Of a DNA stretch of 64,000 nt, positions 47,264-57,221 are shown in pieces (within the stretch, counting starts at the first letter, position 1; each line of letters starts with the position of its first letter). This DNA is from Elusimicrobiota bacterium. GTDB lineage: Bacteria; Elusimicrobiota; Elusimicrobia; UBA1565; UBA9628. The stretch covers positions 166-64,165 of the forward strand of contig JACQAZ010000010.1 of assembly GCA_016194705.1 (NCBI GenBank), read 5' to 3'. The notes under the pieces are model-generated. The model saw only the letters and a program-made list of their open reading frames with translations. It did no database searches and had not been told where the DNA came from. The position numbers were made by a program, and so were the translations under genes.

Positions 47264-47926
47264 ATGAAAAAGGGCTTGATTTTCTTGGTCTTAGCCGTAG
47301 GCGCGGGGCTCTTCCTGCGGCATCAGTACCGCTCTTCGCGCGCGAGCCTTACGCTCGACACGCGCGCCTTCGTCAACGGCATTCCCACGATCAGGCCCGA
47401 TATGAAACTGGTCGTTGCCTCCCTCGAGTTGACTCAAAGCCTTTCCGCCGAGAGCCCCAAGGTCGCCTGGGGCGTCGATTGGGGCACGACCAAGGCTGTG
47501 GTCTCGGCGCCGGCGCGCGTGCATTACGCGATCGATCTTTCCGGCGTCCGGCCAGTCGAGTTCCGACTCGACTCTCGCAACAGGCTGATCACGGCCGTGT
47601 TTCCCGATCCCGAAGTGCAGGCCGTGGAGGTCTTCTTTGAGTCCAAGCAAGCCGTCGTCGAGGCCGGTTGGGGCCGGTTCAAAGCGTTCTCAGGCCGCTC
47701 GTTGGTGGACGACCTCGATCGACGCCTCTACGCGGGCGCGCGCGCCGAAGCCGCAGCCGAGCCTGCGCTGCGTCAGGTCAGAGATCAAGCCAGGCCTGGA
47801 CTGGAAAAATTGGTGTCGGCCTATCTCCTCGGGTCGGGAGAAAGAAATCTACGCGTCGCGGCGCATTTCCGGTCGGAGCTTCCCGGCCCGGCGCAGTTCC
47901 CGTTCCAGACGGCCAGCCGAAATTGA
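47264..47926 (+). CDS. hypothetical membrane-anchored protein (possibly DUF4230-like)
   Basis: An N-terminal TM helix is followed by about 190 aa of soluble domain. The family assignment is tentative. Confidence 0.55.
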   Translation: MKKGLIFLVLAVGAGLFLRHQYRSSRASLTLDTRAFVNGIPTIRPDMKLVVASLELTQSLSAESPKVAWGVDWGTTKAVVSAPARVHYAIDLSGVRPVEFRLDSRNRLITAVFPDPEVQAVEVFFESKQAVVEAGWGRFKAFSGRSLVDDLDRRLYAGARAEAAAEPALRQVRDQARPGLEKLVSAYLLGSGERNLRVAAHFRSELPGPAQFPFQTASRN

Positions 47927-47955
47927 GTTTTCCACCGACTGGGCCCGGACCCAGT

Positions 47956-47984
47956 TTGTGCACAAGTCCGGTCCGAAGTATAAT
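47956..47984 (+). promoter_or_regulatory. sigma70-type promoter (TTGTGC-17-TATAAT) predicting a leaderless transcript for the Cys-rich lipoprotein gene
   Basis: The -10 TATAAT at 47979-47984 ends 6 nt before ATG 47991, so the transcription start would fall at or next to the A of the ATG. No SD sequence is present. Confidence 0.5.
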
Positions 47985-47990
47985 CCTGGG

Positions 47991-48425
47991 ATGAAGAGCC
48001 TGGCCACAGCACTTCTCTGCGCGCTGGCCTTCATTTCCTCGTGCCGCTACGTGGGCAATCATGCCGCCTGCCGCGCGCACGCGGACTCGGCCTCCTGCAG
48101 GGCCGACCCGCGCTGCTTCCCGGTCTTCGGCTGCGAGAAGGACCCGGCCCTGGCTCCGCGCTGCTCTGCCGACTGCTCGCCTTACATCAATTCGAGCTGC
48201 TGGATCAACGTCCCGAACCGGCCCGACGGCTGCATGCCCGACTTCCGCGGCGGACGCTTCAACGGCTGCCTCAGCACCGACAAGGACCCCAAACGTTGCG
48301 AGACCGTCCCCGACGACAAGGGCGGGCAGACCTGCCTCGACCACGACCCCGCCTGCGCGGGCTGCCGGCAGAAACTCTCTTTCTGCGACGCCCACCCGAA
48401 TTGCGTCGGGGTCATCTGCATCTAG
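47991..48425 (+). CDS. small cysteine-rich lipoprotein (144 aa; 17 Cys in the mature chain)
   Basis: The lipobox is FISSC. The spacing of the Cys residues suggests a disulfide-knotted or metal-binding fold. I recognise no family. Confidence 0.6.
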   Translation: MKSLATALLCALAFISSCRYVGNHAACRAHADSASCRADPRCFPVFGCEKDPALAPRCSADCSPYINSSCWINVPNRPDGCMPDFRGGRFNGCLSTDKDPKRCETVPDDKGGQTCLDHDPACAGCRQKLSFCDAHPNCVGVICI

Positions 48426-48433
48426 GCCGCAGC

Positions 48434-49936
48434 TCAGGCCGCGAGCATCGTGTCGGCCGTGCGCAGGATCTCGAGCATCGACTCGGCGGTCTTGGCGCGA
48501 AGGAGCTTGCGCCGAAGGTTCTCGTTGGTCACCAAGGATGCGATGCGGCCGAGCACCTTGAGCTGGATGACCGGCGTTTGGGCGGGCGTCAGGATCAAGA
48601 AGATCAGACGCACCGGCACGTTGTCGGGCGCGGCGAAAGGCACGGGCTTGGAGAACCTCCCCAAAGCCACCAGAGGCTTCGAGAGGTCCATGAGCCGGCC
48701 GTGCGGGACCGCCACGCCGCGACCGACCGCGCTCGAAAATTTCTGCTCGCGCTCCCAGACGACGCTGAAGACCTCGTTCTCCTTAAGTTCGGGCGCGGCC
48801 ACGACGAGCTTGGCGAGGAGCTGCCGGATCGCCGACTGCCGGTCGGCGGCCTGCAGTTGGACCGCGACGGCGGTGCCCACGACGACGTCCATGAAGGACC
48901 AAGCCTGCGGGTCGAACTCGTCGTGGACCTCGCCGATGAGCTCCTCGATGATGTCCTCGAGGGTCAAGAGGCCCACGATGCGGCCCAGGCCGTTGCGCAC
49001 GAGCGCCATATGCACGCCCTTATCGGGGAACGACTTGAGCAATTTCTCGAGCGGCTCCGTCTCTAGGACCTCGGTGAGGTCCCGCCTGAGCCGCTTGAGG
49101 TCGGGGGCGGGGCCGTCCGCCTTGAGGATGAGGTCCTTGAGATGCAAGAAGCCCGTCGCGGAATCGAGCTCGCCCTCGCAGATCGGATAGCGCGAGAAAC
49201 GCTTGGAACGGATGAGCTCCAGGTTCTCCGCCCAAGGCTTGGACAAGGAAAGGAACTTGATCTTGTCGCGCGGGACCATCGCCTCCGAGACCTTGGCCGA
49301 GCCGAAATCGAAGAGGTTCTCCAGCAGCAGCAGGCGCTCGAGCGGCAGCGTGCCCCGCTCCTGGGTCTCGCCGAGCAGGATGCGCATCTCTTCCTCGGAG
49401 ACCACCGACTCGGACTGCGCCGCGGGCTTGAGGCCCATGAGCTTGAGGATCGAGAGCGAGCAGAACGACCAGAACGCGACCGGAAGCCGGAATACGGCCG
49501 CGAAGAGCTTCAAGGGGGCCGCGCCCCAGAGCGCGACGGCCTCGGCTTTCTGGATTCCGATCGAGCGAGGCAGGAGTTCGCCGAAGACTCCTTGGGCCCA
49601 GGCGAGCAATACGAGCGCCGCGCCGAACGAAACGCCGAACAGGGCGTGATGCGGGAGCTCGACGCCGGCCTTCGCAAGGACCGACTCGATGACGTGGGCC
49701 AAGGCCGGCTCGCCAAGCCAACCCAAGGCCAAGGCGATCATCGTCAGACCGACCTGGATGGCCGCGAGGTAGTCGTCGAGGTGGGTCTGCATCTCCTGGA
49801 CGGCCAGGGCCTGGCGGTTGCCCCTGCGCGCGAGCATCTCGACGCGAGAGGCTCGGACCTTGACCAAGGCGTATTCCATCAGCACGAACAGCGAGTTGAG
49901 GAAGATCAGGAAAACAGAGACCAGCACCAAGGTCAT
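48434..49936 (-). CDS. CNNM/CorC-type transporter (DUF21 plus CBS pair) fused to a C-terminal PTS EIIA(Ntr)-type (PTS_EIIA_2) domain
   Basis: A DUF21 4-TM region (starting MTLVLVSVFLIF) is followed by a CBS pair. The C-terminal 150 aa carry SSAVGRGVAVPHGR, with the phosphorylatable His, and a LIFLILTP...LLRAKTAESMLEIL tail typical of PtsN/FruA-type EIIA. The start is set at ATG 49936. Confidence 0.75.
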   Translation of the reverse strand: MTLVLVSVFLIFLNSLFVLMEYALVKVRASRVEMLARRGNRQALAVQEMQTHLDDYLAAIQVGLTMIALALGWLGEPALAHVIESVLAKAGVELPHHALFGVSFGAALVLLAWAQGVFGELLPRSIGIQKAEAVALWGAAPLKLFAAVFRLPVAFWSFCSLSILKLMGLKPAAQSESVVSEEEMRILLGETQERGTLPLERLLLLENLFDFGSAKVSEAMVPRDKIKFLSLSKPWAENLELIRSKRFSRYPICEGELDSATGFLHLKDLILKADGPAPDLKRLRRDLTEVLETEPLEKLLKSFPDKGVHMALVRNGLGRIVGLLTLEDIIEELIGEVHDEFDPQAWSFMDVVVGTAVAVQLQAADRQSAIRQLLAKLVVAAPELKENEVFSVVWEREQKFSSAVGRGVAVPHGRLMDLSKPLVALGRFSKPVPFAAPDNVPVRLIFLILTPAQTPVIQLKVLGRIASLVTNENLRRKLLRAKTAESMLEILRTADTMLAA

Positions 49937-50009
49937 GGGGATTTCTAGTGTAGCGGGACCACCACCCCCTGTCAAGCCCGACCGGGCGCCAATTTGGTAG
50001 TATTGGCTC

Positions 50010-50468
50010 ATGGCCGAATCGCGCGAATTCAAGCCGCTCAAGGAGGCCGGGGCCATCCCGATCTCTGACTCGAGCGAGCTCAAGTTCTACGTGGACGAGT
50101 ATCGCGGCTACAAGTACGCCTCGGTGCGCACCTTCGTCAAAGGCGACACTTACTCTGGTCCGACCAAGTCAGGCGTCACCCTCAACGCGGCGGTGCTTGA
50201 GGGCGTCATCGCGACCCTCTCCAAGCTCCCCCCCGAGCCCGACGTCCTGGAAGAGAAGGAGCTCGCGCGTTTTCCCAAGAAGATGGGCGTCGAGCTCGTC
50301 GTGCGCATCACGATCTTCCGCGACTCGACCGGCGTCGACCTGCGCGAATGGGTCGAGGACGTTGACTACAAGGGCTGGTCCAAGAAGGGCGTCCGGATCC
50401 CCTACAAGGACGTCCCCAAGAGCTTGGAATTCCTCAAAGAGATGCAGAAGCTCGTCGCAAAAGCCTGA
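50010..50468 (+). CDS. tandem PC4/YdbC-like ssDNA-binding-fold protein
   Basis: Two repeats fit the PC4 pattern. Repeat 1 is KFYVDEYRGYKYASVRTFVKGD...TKSGVTL. Repeat 2 is VELVVRITIFRDSTGVDLREWVED...SKKGVRI. Confidence 0.6.
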   Translation: MAESREFKPLKEAGAIPISDSSELKFYVDEYRGYKYASVRTFVKGDTYSGPTKSGVTLNAAVLEGVIATLSKLPPEPDVLEEKELARFPKKMGVELVVRITIFRDSTGVDLREWVEDVDYKGWSKKGVRIPYKDVPKSLEFLKEMQKLVAKA

Positions 50469-50542
50469 CCTCGCCACCCTGGCATAGTTAAGGATTCCTG
50501 TTATACTTAGGATGTTCGGGCCCCGCCGCCCGCCAAGCATCC

Positions 50543-52489
50543 ATGAAACCCCTCTTCCTTCGCCTGTTGCTGGTCTTTTCGCTGGCTCGGCCGGCCGCGG
50601 CGGGCAACCGCGCGACTCCCGAGCTTCCCGGCGAAGGCCAGGCCGTCCCCGGCGGAAAGATCGTGTCGCCCGGGACCCCTCCGGTCCAGATCGATCTCAA
50701 AGTAGCGCCCCTCAATACGATCGCGGTCGACGCGGTCAAGACCGTCGAGACACCGGCCGCCGATGCGGCGCTCTCGCAGGTCCAACTGCCGGTCCTCGAG
50801 CCGGCTCCGGGCCTGATCGTCGGCCCCAAGCCGGAGGCGTCGCCGGAATTCACGCCGCCAGCACGGGGCCCGGCGCCGTCGGTCGATGGGCAGGTCGTCT
50901 CGGGCCGCGCGCAATTCGACCTTCAGACCGCCAAGTACGCGCCGGCTCCCCCGGCGCCTTCCTTTACAGGCTGGCTTTCGGCTCTGTGGACAGGCGCGGA
51001 CAAGGTCCCGGACTGGCCCGGCAAGGCCGGCGACAAGGTCAGGCTCGACGGGAAGACCTATGTCCTAGAACGCCGCATCGGCGAGGGCAACAGCGCGATC
51101 GTCTGGAGGGCTCGGAACGGCGGCCATGACGTCGCGGTCAAGTTCATCCACCCGGCGTTCAAGAACATACCGCAATACGGCGAGGAGGTCTCGGCGCTCG
51201 AGGCCATCGCTCATACCGACATCCGCCACGCCAAGCTCCTGGCCAAGGGCGCCGACGGCCTCGTGCTCGTCAAGGAGTTCGTCGACGGCGAGAAGGCCAG
51301 CGAGCTCCTGGCCCGAGGCGCCCTCCTCCGCAGCCAGCGCGAGGGTTATATGGAGTTGGCCGCGCGCCTGATCCGAATCGGCTACACCGGCGACATCCAC
51401 CCCAACAACCTGATCTGGGAGAAATGGAGAAGCCGCTACGCCTTGGCCGACGTCGGCGGCTTCGAGTTCGGACGGCCCTGGGCGGTGCTCTCGCAGATAC
51501 TCGAAGGGCCCCCGGTCAAGAGCGGTGAGGTCAAAGCGGTGGAGTTCCTTTCCGGCCTGCGCGGCAGGCTCGGGCCAGACTCCGACGGCTGGCGGCGGGT
51601 CCAAGACGACGCGGCCCAGACCCCCGCCTTGGCCCGGCATCTCGCGGAACTATCCGCCTACGACCGGAGTCTTAAACCCGCGCCGCGGCTGCGATTGGGG
51701 CCGGCCAAGGAGGAGGCGGTCTTGAGCAACGCTTTGGTCTCGGCCTCGGAGTTGCGCAAACGCCTGGGCTACGATCCACTTTTGGTCAAGCCCCGTCACA
51801 TGCTTCATGGCGACGATCCGGGCAAGCTCAACACCGTGGTCTTCCAGATCGACCCCAATGGGATGGACTCCGTCGTCGTGAAGATCGCGGAAAAGGACAT
51901 CATCCGACATGAGCTCGCCATGCGCCGCATCGTCAGGCGCTTCTTCGGGCAGCTTTTTCGAACGCCGGGGGCGCTGGCCATCGACGGCGGGCATGAATCC
52001 TACATGGTGATGTCGCTGGCAAAAGGCTCCAAGAGCTACTCCTCTGACGCGATGGACCTCGAGCACAGGGTCGCCATGGCCATGCTCTCCCAGACATTCG
52101 GCCTTTACGACGTCAACCAGGGCAACGTGCTCTCCCTCTCGAAATCCGACGTAGCTCTCATCGATTTCGAGCAGGCCTTCGGCCGGCGCGCGCCGCTGGT
52201 CTCGCGGCTCCCCGACGAGCGCATCGCCCAAGAAATGCCGTGGGTGAGCCTCCACGAGAAAAACCGCATCGAGGATTACCTGCCCGCAATCAAGTCCTGG
52301 CGGGGGTTGTTTCTCAAGCCCGAAACGCAGGTCGAGCTGGTCCAAATCCTGCGCCAGAGCGGCTTCTCCGACAAGGAGATTCCGGGCTATCTGGCGCAAT
52401 TCCGCGCCAACGCGGACGATCTCGAGTGGGCCATACAGAACGACGTGGAATTTGCTAACTTGTTCGTGGAAAGGCGCTCCTCCAGGTGA
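50543..52489 (+). CDS. secreted protein with two tandem protein-kinase-like (Kdo/WaaP/RIO-like) domains
   Basis: A signal peptide is present (MKPLFLRLLLVFSLARPAAAG). Domain 1 has IGEGNSAIVWRA (Gly loop), VAVKFIH (beta3 Lys), GDIHPNNLIW (catalytic loop) and ADVGGFEF. Domain 2 has DVNQGNVLS and ALIDFEQAFG. Confidence 0.6.
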   Translation: MKPLFLRLLLVFSLARPAAAGNRATPELPGEGQAVPGGKIVSPGTPPVQIDLKVAPLNTIAVDAVKTVETPAADAALSQVQLPVLEPAPGLIVGPKPEASPEFTPPARGPAPSVDGQVVSGRAQFDLQTAKYAPAPPAPSFTGWLSALWTGADKVPDWPGKAGDKVRLDGKTYVLERRIGEGNSAIVWRARNGGHDVAVKFIHPAFKNIPQYGEEVSALEAIAHTDIRHAKLLAKGADGLVLVKEFVDGEKASELLARGALLRSQREGYMELAARLIRIGYTGDIHPNNLIWEKWRSRYALADVGGFEFGRPWAVLSQILEGPPVKSGEVKAVEFLSGLRGRLGPDSDGWRRVQDDAAQTPALARHLAELSAYDRSLKPAPRLRLGPAKEEAVLSNALVSASELRKRLGYDPLLVKPRHMLHGDDPGKLNTVVFQIDPNGMDSVVVKIAEKDIIRHELAMRRIVRRFFGQLFRTPGALAIDGGHESYMVMSLAKGSKSYSSDAMDLEHRVAMAMLSQTFGLYDVNQGNVLSLSKSDVALIDFEQAFGRRAPLVSRLPDERIAQEMPWVSLHEKNRIEDYLPAIKSWRGLFLKPETQVELVQILRQSGFSDKEIPGYLAQFRANADDLEWAIQNDVEFANLFVERRSSR

Positions 52490-54657
52490 CACCCATGATC
52501 CCCAGGAAAAAGACGAACCTCTTTCTCGCGGCCGCGATCCTCGTCCTGAACTCATGGGCTGGGGCCGCCCCCGAGCCCGATCCCTCGGCGCCGGTGGTCG
52601 GCCAGCTCGTGGCCCGCATCCTCGAGCAGAACCACTACCTCCATCATCCGCTGGATGCCAAGACCTCCAAGGAGCTCCTGGCCAACTATCTCGAGATGTA
52701 CGACTACAACCGCATGTTCTTCGATAAGACCGATGTCGACGAATTCACCGCCCGCTACGGCGACGGCCTTGCCGACCGCATCAAGGAAGGCGACGTGGCG
52801 CCCGCCTACGAGATATTCGACCGGTTCCTCAAGCGGCTCGAGGAGCGCACGGCCTTGGTCGCCGAGCTCACGGCATCATCCATGACCTTCACGGCCGATG
52901 AGTCGATCGTCGTCGACCGCCACGAGTCGGCGTGGGCGGCCAGCGCCAAAGAGGTGCGCGAGCTCTGGCGCCTTCGGGTCAAGTACGAGCTCCTGCAGGA
53001 GAAGCTCAACAAGACCAAGCCCGAGGAACTCGCCAAGACCGTCAACCTGCGCTACGAGCGGCTCCTGCGCAGCTACAAGGAGTACGATTCGGGCGACATA
53101 CTTCAGAACTATTTGTCGGCCCTGACGCGCACGTTCGACCCGCATTCCGACTACATGGCCGCCCCGCAGAAGGAGAATTTCGACATCAGCATGCGGCTCT
53201 CCTTGGTCGGCATCGGGGCCGTGCTAAGATCCGAGGACGGCTACGCCAAGATCGTCTCGCTGGTGCCGGGCGGGCCCGCCGACAAGGACAAGCGCCTCAA
53301 GCCCAACGACAAGATCGAGGCCATCGCCCAGGGCGACGGCCCCTGGATCGAGGCCGTCGGCATGAAGCTCGACCGCCTCGTGCAGATGATTCGCGGGGAG
53401 AAGGGCACGACCGTGCGCCTGCGCGTGATCCCGGCCGACTCCATCGATCCCGGCACCCGGGTCGCGATCTCGCTGGTGCGCGACGAGATCAAGCTGACCG
53501 ACCAGGAGGCCAAGGCCAAGATCATCACCCTGCCGCTCTCGGGCGGCAAGACCGCCAAGGTCGGCGTCATCGACCTGCCGTCCTTCTACGCGGACATGAA
53601 GTCGGTCATCGAGGCCAAGAGCACCACTCGCGACGTCGAAAAGCTGCTGATCGCGCTCAAGAAGAACAACGTCGACGGCGTCATCCTCGACCTGCGCCGC
53701 AACGGCGGGGGTTCGCTCTCGGAGGCCGTCAGCCTGACGGGCCTCTTCATCCCCGAAGGACCCGTCGTGCAGGTCAAGGACGCCCGCGGCATCACGAAAG
53801 TCCTGCGCGACACCGAGCCCGACATGCTCTACAACGGCCCGCTCATCGTGCTGACCTCGAGGGCCTCGGCCTCGGCCTCGGAAATTCTGGCCGCCGCGCT
53901 CCAGGATTACAATCTGGCCGTGATCGTCGGCGAGAAGAGCACGTTTGGCAAGGGCACGGTGCAGTCCATCATCGAGCTCTCCCAATATCTCCCGGGAGCC
54001 CTGCGCTCGTACAAGCCGGGCGCGGTCAAGCTCACGATCCAGAAGTTCTACCGCGTCTCCGGAGGCTCGACGCAGAACCGCGGCGTCATCCCGGAGATCC
54101 ATTTGCCGAGCCTCGAGGACTCCATGGACATCGCCGAATCCTCGCTCAAGAACGCCATGCCCTACGACGAGACTGAAGCCGCCGCGTTCTCGCGCACGGC
54201 GGGCCTAAGCCTTCCCAAACTCAAAGAACTGGCCCGGCTCTCGGCGGAACGCGTGGCCGCGAACGCCGAATTCGCCTACGTGCGCGCCGACATCGAGCGC
54301 TACAAGAAGCAGAAAGAGGAGAAGACCATCTCTCTGTCCGAGAAGAAGCGCTTGGCCGAGAAGAAGGCCGACGAGGACCGTGCGTCGGCTCGAAAAAAAG
54401 AGCGGGCCGCCCGCAAGGAGAAGGAACTTGTGGCCCAAGAGATCACTTTGGAATCCATCGACGGCGCCGAGCCTCCCAAAAAGTCGACCGCGGCGGTCAC
54501 CATGGAGGCCGAGGGTCCCGACTACGAGAAGGCGCCGCCGACCCCGGATTACGTCCTCGAGGATGCCGGGCACATCCTCGCTGACATGATGGGGGCGCTG
54601 CCGTTGTCCTCGAGCAACAACGCCGCCAAAGCCACGCCGGACACCTACATCCCCTGA
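52486..54657 (+). CDS. prc: S41 carboxyl-terminal processing (tail-specific) protease
   Basis: A signal peptide is followed by a PDZ domain and an S41 catalytic region (RRNGGGSL...[11 protein letters not shown]...STFGKGTVQ), with a charged C-terminal extension. The GTG start sits in a GTGA overlap with the upstream gene. Confidence 0.85.
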   Translation: MTPMIPRKKTNLFLAAAILVLNSWAGAAPEPDPSAPVVGQLVARILEQNHYLHHPLDAKTSKELLANYLEMYDYNRMFFDKTDVDEFTARYGDGLADRIKEGDVAPAYEIFDRFLKRLEERTALVAELTASSMTFTADESIVVDRHESAWAASAKEVRELWRLRVKYELLQEKLNKTKPEELAKTVNLRYERLLRSYKEYDSGDILQNYLSALTRTFDPHSDYMAAPQKENFDISMRLSLVGIGAVLRSEDGYAKIVSLVPGGPADKDKRLKPNDKIEAIAQGDGPWIEAVGMKLDRLVQMIRGEKGTTVRLRVIPADSIDPGTRVAISLVRDEIKLTDQEAKAKIITLPLSGGKTAKVGVIDLPSFYADMKSVIEAKSTTRDVEKLLIALKKNNVDGVILDLRRNGGGSLSEAVSLTGLFIPEGPVVQVKDARGITKVLRDTEPDMLYNGPLIVLTSRASASASEILAAALQDYNLAVIVGEKSTFGKGTVQSIIELSQYLPGALRSYKPGAVKLTIQKFYRVSGGSTQNRGVIPEIHLPSLEDSMDIAESSLKNAMPYDETEAAAFSRTAGLSLPKLKELARLSAERVAANAEFAYVRADIERYKKQKEEKTISLSEKKRLAEKKADEDRASARKKERAARKEKELVAQEITLESIDGAEPPKKSTAAVTMEAEGPDYEKAPPTPDYVLEDAGHILADMMGALPLSSSNNAAKATPDTYIP

Positions 54658-54677
54658 TTAAGGCGGGTTCAAGTCAA

Positions 54678-57221
54678 ATGAATCTCGATCGATGGACCAC
54701 CAAGTCGCAGGAATGCCTGCAGGCGGCCCAACGGCTGGCCGAAGACCGCGGCCACCAAGAACTCGGCGAGGAGCACCTGCTCAAGGCACTGCTCGAGGCC
54801 GACGGCGGCGTCGTGCCCGAGGTCGTGCGCCAGGCCGGCGCTGATCCGGCAGCTCTCCTAAAGGGACTCGATCGCGAGCTCTCGCGCCGGCCGCAGGTCT
54901 CCGGCGGACAGCTCTACCCCTCCGCGGGGCTCTCAAAAGCCCTGCGCCGGGCCGAGGACCGCATGAAGGCGATGAAGGACGAATACCTCTCCGTCGAGCA
55001 CCTGCTCTTGGGCCTGCTAGACAACGCCGGCGCCGGCGCCAAGGTCTTCGCGGAGGCGGGGCTGACCCCGGACAAGATCCTGGCCGCCTTGGCCAAGGTA
55101 CGCGGGGCCCAGCGCGTGACTTCGTCAGAGCCCGAAGGGACCTTCCAGGCTCTCGAGAAGTATGGGCGCGACTTGACCGCGCTCGCCCGGCGCGGGAAGC
55201 TCGATCCAGTCATCGGCCGCGACAACGAGATCCGCCGCGTCATCCAGGTCCTCTCGCGCAAGACCAAGAACAATCCCGTCCTCATCGGCGAGCCCGGCGT
55301 CGGCAAGACGGCCATCGTCGAGGGCCTGGCCCAGCGGGTGGCGGCCGGCGACGTTCCCGAAGGCATCAAGGACAAGAGGATCGTCGCGCTCGATCTCGGC
55401 TCTCTCGTGGCCGGCGCCAAGTTCCGCGGCGAGTTCGAGGAACGCCTCAAGGCCGTCTTGAAGGAAGTCTCCTCCAAGGAGGGCCAGATCATCCTCTTCA
55501 TCGACGAGCTCCACACCTTGGTCGGCGCCGGCGCGGCGGAGGGCGCCATCGACGCGGCCAACATGCTCAAGCCGATGCTCGCGCGCGGCGAGTTGCGCTG
55601 CGTCGGCGCCACCACCCTCGACGAGTACAAGAAGCGCATCGAGAAGGACGCCGCCTTGGAGCGCCGCTTCCAGCCCGTGACGGTCGGCGCCCCCTCGGTC
55701 GAGGACACCATCGCCATATTAAGAGGCCTCAAGGAACGCTACGAGGTCCACCACGGCGTGCAGATCCGCGACTCGGCCCTGGTCGCGGCGGCGGTCCTCT
55801 CGGACCGCTACATCGCCGACCGCTTCCTGCCCGACAAGGCCATCGACCTCGTCGACGAATCCTGCAGCCGCCTGCGCATGGAGATCGACTCGATGCCGCT
55901 CGAGCTCGACGAGACCGAGCGCAGGTTGCGCCAGCTCGAGATCGAGGCCATGGCGCTAAAAAAAGAGAAGGACGCGCCCAGCCGCGAGCGGCTCTGCGTC
56001 ATCGAAGCCGAGCTCTCCGCCCTCAAGGAGAAATCGAAGAAGCTGCGGACCCATTGGGAGATGGAAAAGAAATCCATCTCCGCGCTGCGCGAGCTCAAAG
56101 CGAAGACGGACGAGCTTAAGACCGAAGAGACCCGCGCCGAGCGCCAAGGCGACCTCACTCGCGCGGCCGAGATCCGCTACGGGAAGATTCCCGAGCTGGG
56201 CAGGAAGATCGAGGAGGCCCAAAAGGAACTCGCCAAGCTGCAGTCGACGCAGAAGCTGCTGCGCGAGGAAGTCGACGAGGAGGACATCGCGTCCGTCGTC
56301 TCGCGCTGGACGGGAGTCCCCGTCGAGCGGCTTCTCGAGGGCCAGACGCAGAAGCTGCTGCGCCTCGAGGAGGTCCTCCACGCGCGCGTGGTGGGCCAAG
56401 ACGCGGCGGTCAAGGCGGTCGCCGACGCCGTGCGCCGCGCGCGCTCGGGCCTCTCGGATCCAAACCGGCCGCTGGGAGTCTTCCTTCTGCTTGGTCCCAC
56501 GGGTGTCGGCAAGACCGAGCTCGCCCGCGCCCTGGCCGAGTTCCTGTTCGACTCCGAGAAGAGCATGGTGCGCCTCGACATGTCCGAGTACATGGAGAAG
56601 CACGCCGTCTCGCGCATGATCGGCGCGCCTCCGGGCTACGTCGGCTTCGAGGAAGGCGGCCAGCTCACCGAGGCGGTGCGCCGCAAGCCTTACTGCGTGC
56701 TGCTCCTCGATGAGATCGAGAAGGCCCATGCCGACGTCTTCAACGTGCTCCTGCAGGTCATGGAGGACGGCAGGCTCACCGATGGTCAGGGCCGCACCGT
56801 GAATTTTAGGAACGTCCTCCTGTTGATGACGTCGAACCTGCCCGCCGCCGAGCTCAAGGTCCGCTTCCGCCCGGAGTTCCTCAACCGCGTCGACGAGACT
56901 TTGATCTTCCACGCGCTTTCCGAGACGCACCTGCGCAAGATCGTGGACATCCAGCTCGCCGCGGTGGCCAAGCGCCTGGCCGAGCGGCGCATCACGCTCA
57001 CCCTGAGCGACGACGCCAAGGACTTTCTGGCCAAGGAAGGCTACGACCCGGCCTATGGGGCCAGACCCTTGAAGCGCGCCATCCAAAAGAGGATCGTCGA
57101 TCCCCTGGCCAGGCTTCTGCTGACCGGCGAGGTCAAGGACGGCGACACGATCGCGGCCGCCGCGGGCCGCGAGGGACTCTCCTTCAAGTCCGTCAAGAAG
57201 AAGGAAAGCAAAGCGGCTTGA
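54678..57221 (+). CDS. clpB: ATP-dependent chaperone ClpB
   Basis: An 847-aa protein with two AAA+ modules (GEPGVGKT; GPTGVGKT) and a coiled-coil middle domain. Confidence 0.95.
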   Translation: MNLDRWTTKSQECLQAAQRLAEDRGHQELGEEHLLKALLEADGGVVPEVVRQAGADPAALLKGLDRELSRRPQVSGGQLYPSAGLSKALRRAEDRMKAMKDEYLSVEHLLLGLLDNAGAGAKVFAEAGLTPDKILAALAKVRGAQRVTSSEPEGTFQALEKYGRDLTALARRGKLDPVIGRDNEIRRVIQVLSRKTKNNPVLIGEPGVGKTAIVEGLAQRVAAGDVPEGIKDKRIVALDLGSLVAGAKFRGEFEERLKAVLKEVSSKEGQIILFIDELHTLVGAGAAEGAIDAANMLKPMLARGELRCVGATTLDEYKKRIEKDAALERRFQPVTVGAPSVEDTIAILRGLKERYEVHHGVQIRDSALVAAAVLSDRYIADRFLPDKAIDLVDESCSRLRMEIDSMPLELDETERRLRQLEIEAMALKKEKDAPSRERLCVIEAELSALKEKSKKLRTHWEMEKKSISALRELKAKTDELKTEETRAERQGDLTRAAEIRYGKIPELGRKIEEAQKELAKLQSTQKLLREEVDEEDIASVVSRWTGVPVERLLEGQTQKLLRLEEVLHARVVGQDAAVKAVADAVRRARSGLSDPNRPLGVFLLLGPTGVGKTELARALAEFLFDSEKSMVRLDMSEYMEKHAVSRMIGAPPGYVGFEEGGQLTEAVRRKPYCVLLLDEIEKAHADVFNVLLQVMEDGRLTDGQGRTVNFRNVLLLMTSNLPAAELKVRFRPEFLNRVDETLIFHALSETHLRKIVDIQLAAVAKRLAERRITLTLSDDAKDFLAKEGYDPAYGARPLKRAIQKRIVDPLARLLLTGEVKDGDTIAAAAGREGLSFKSVKKKESKAA

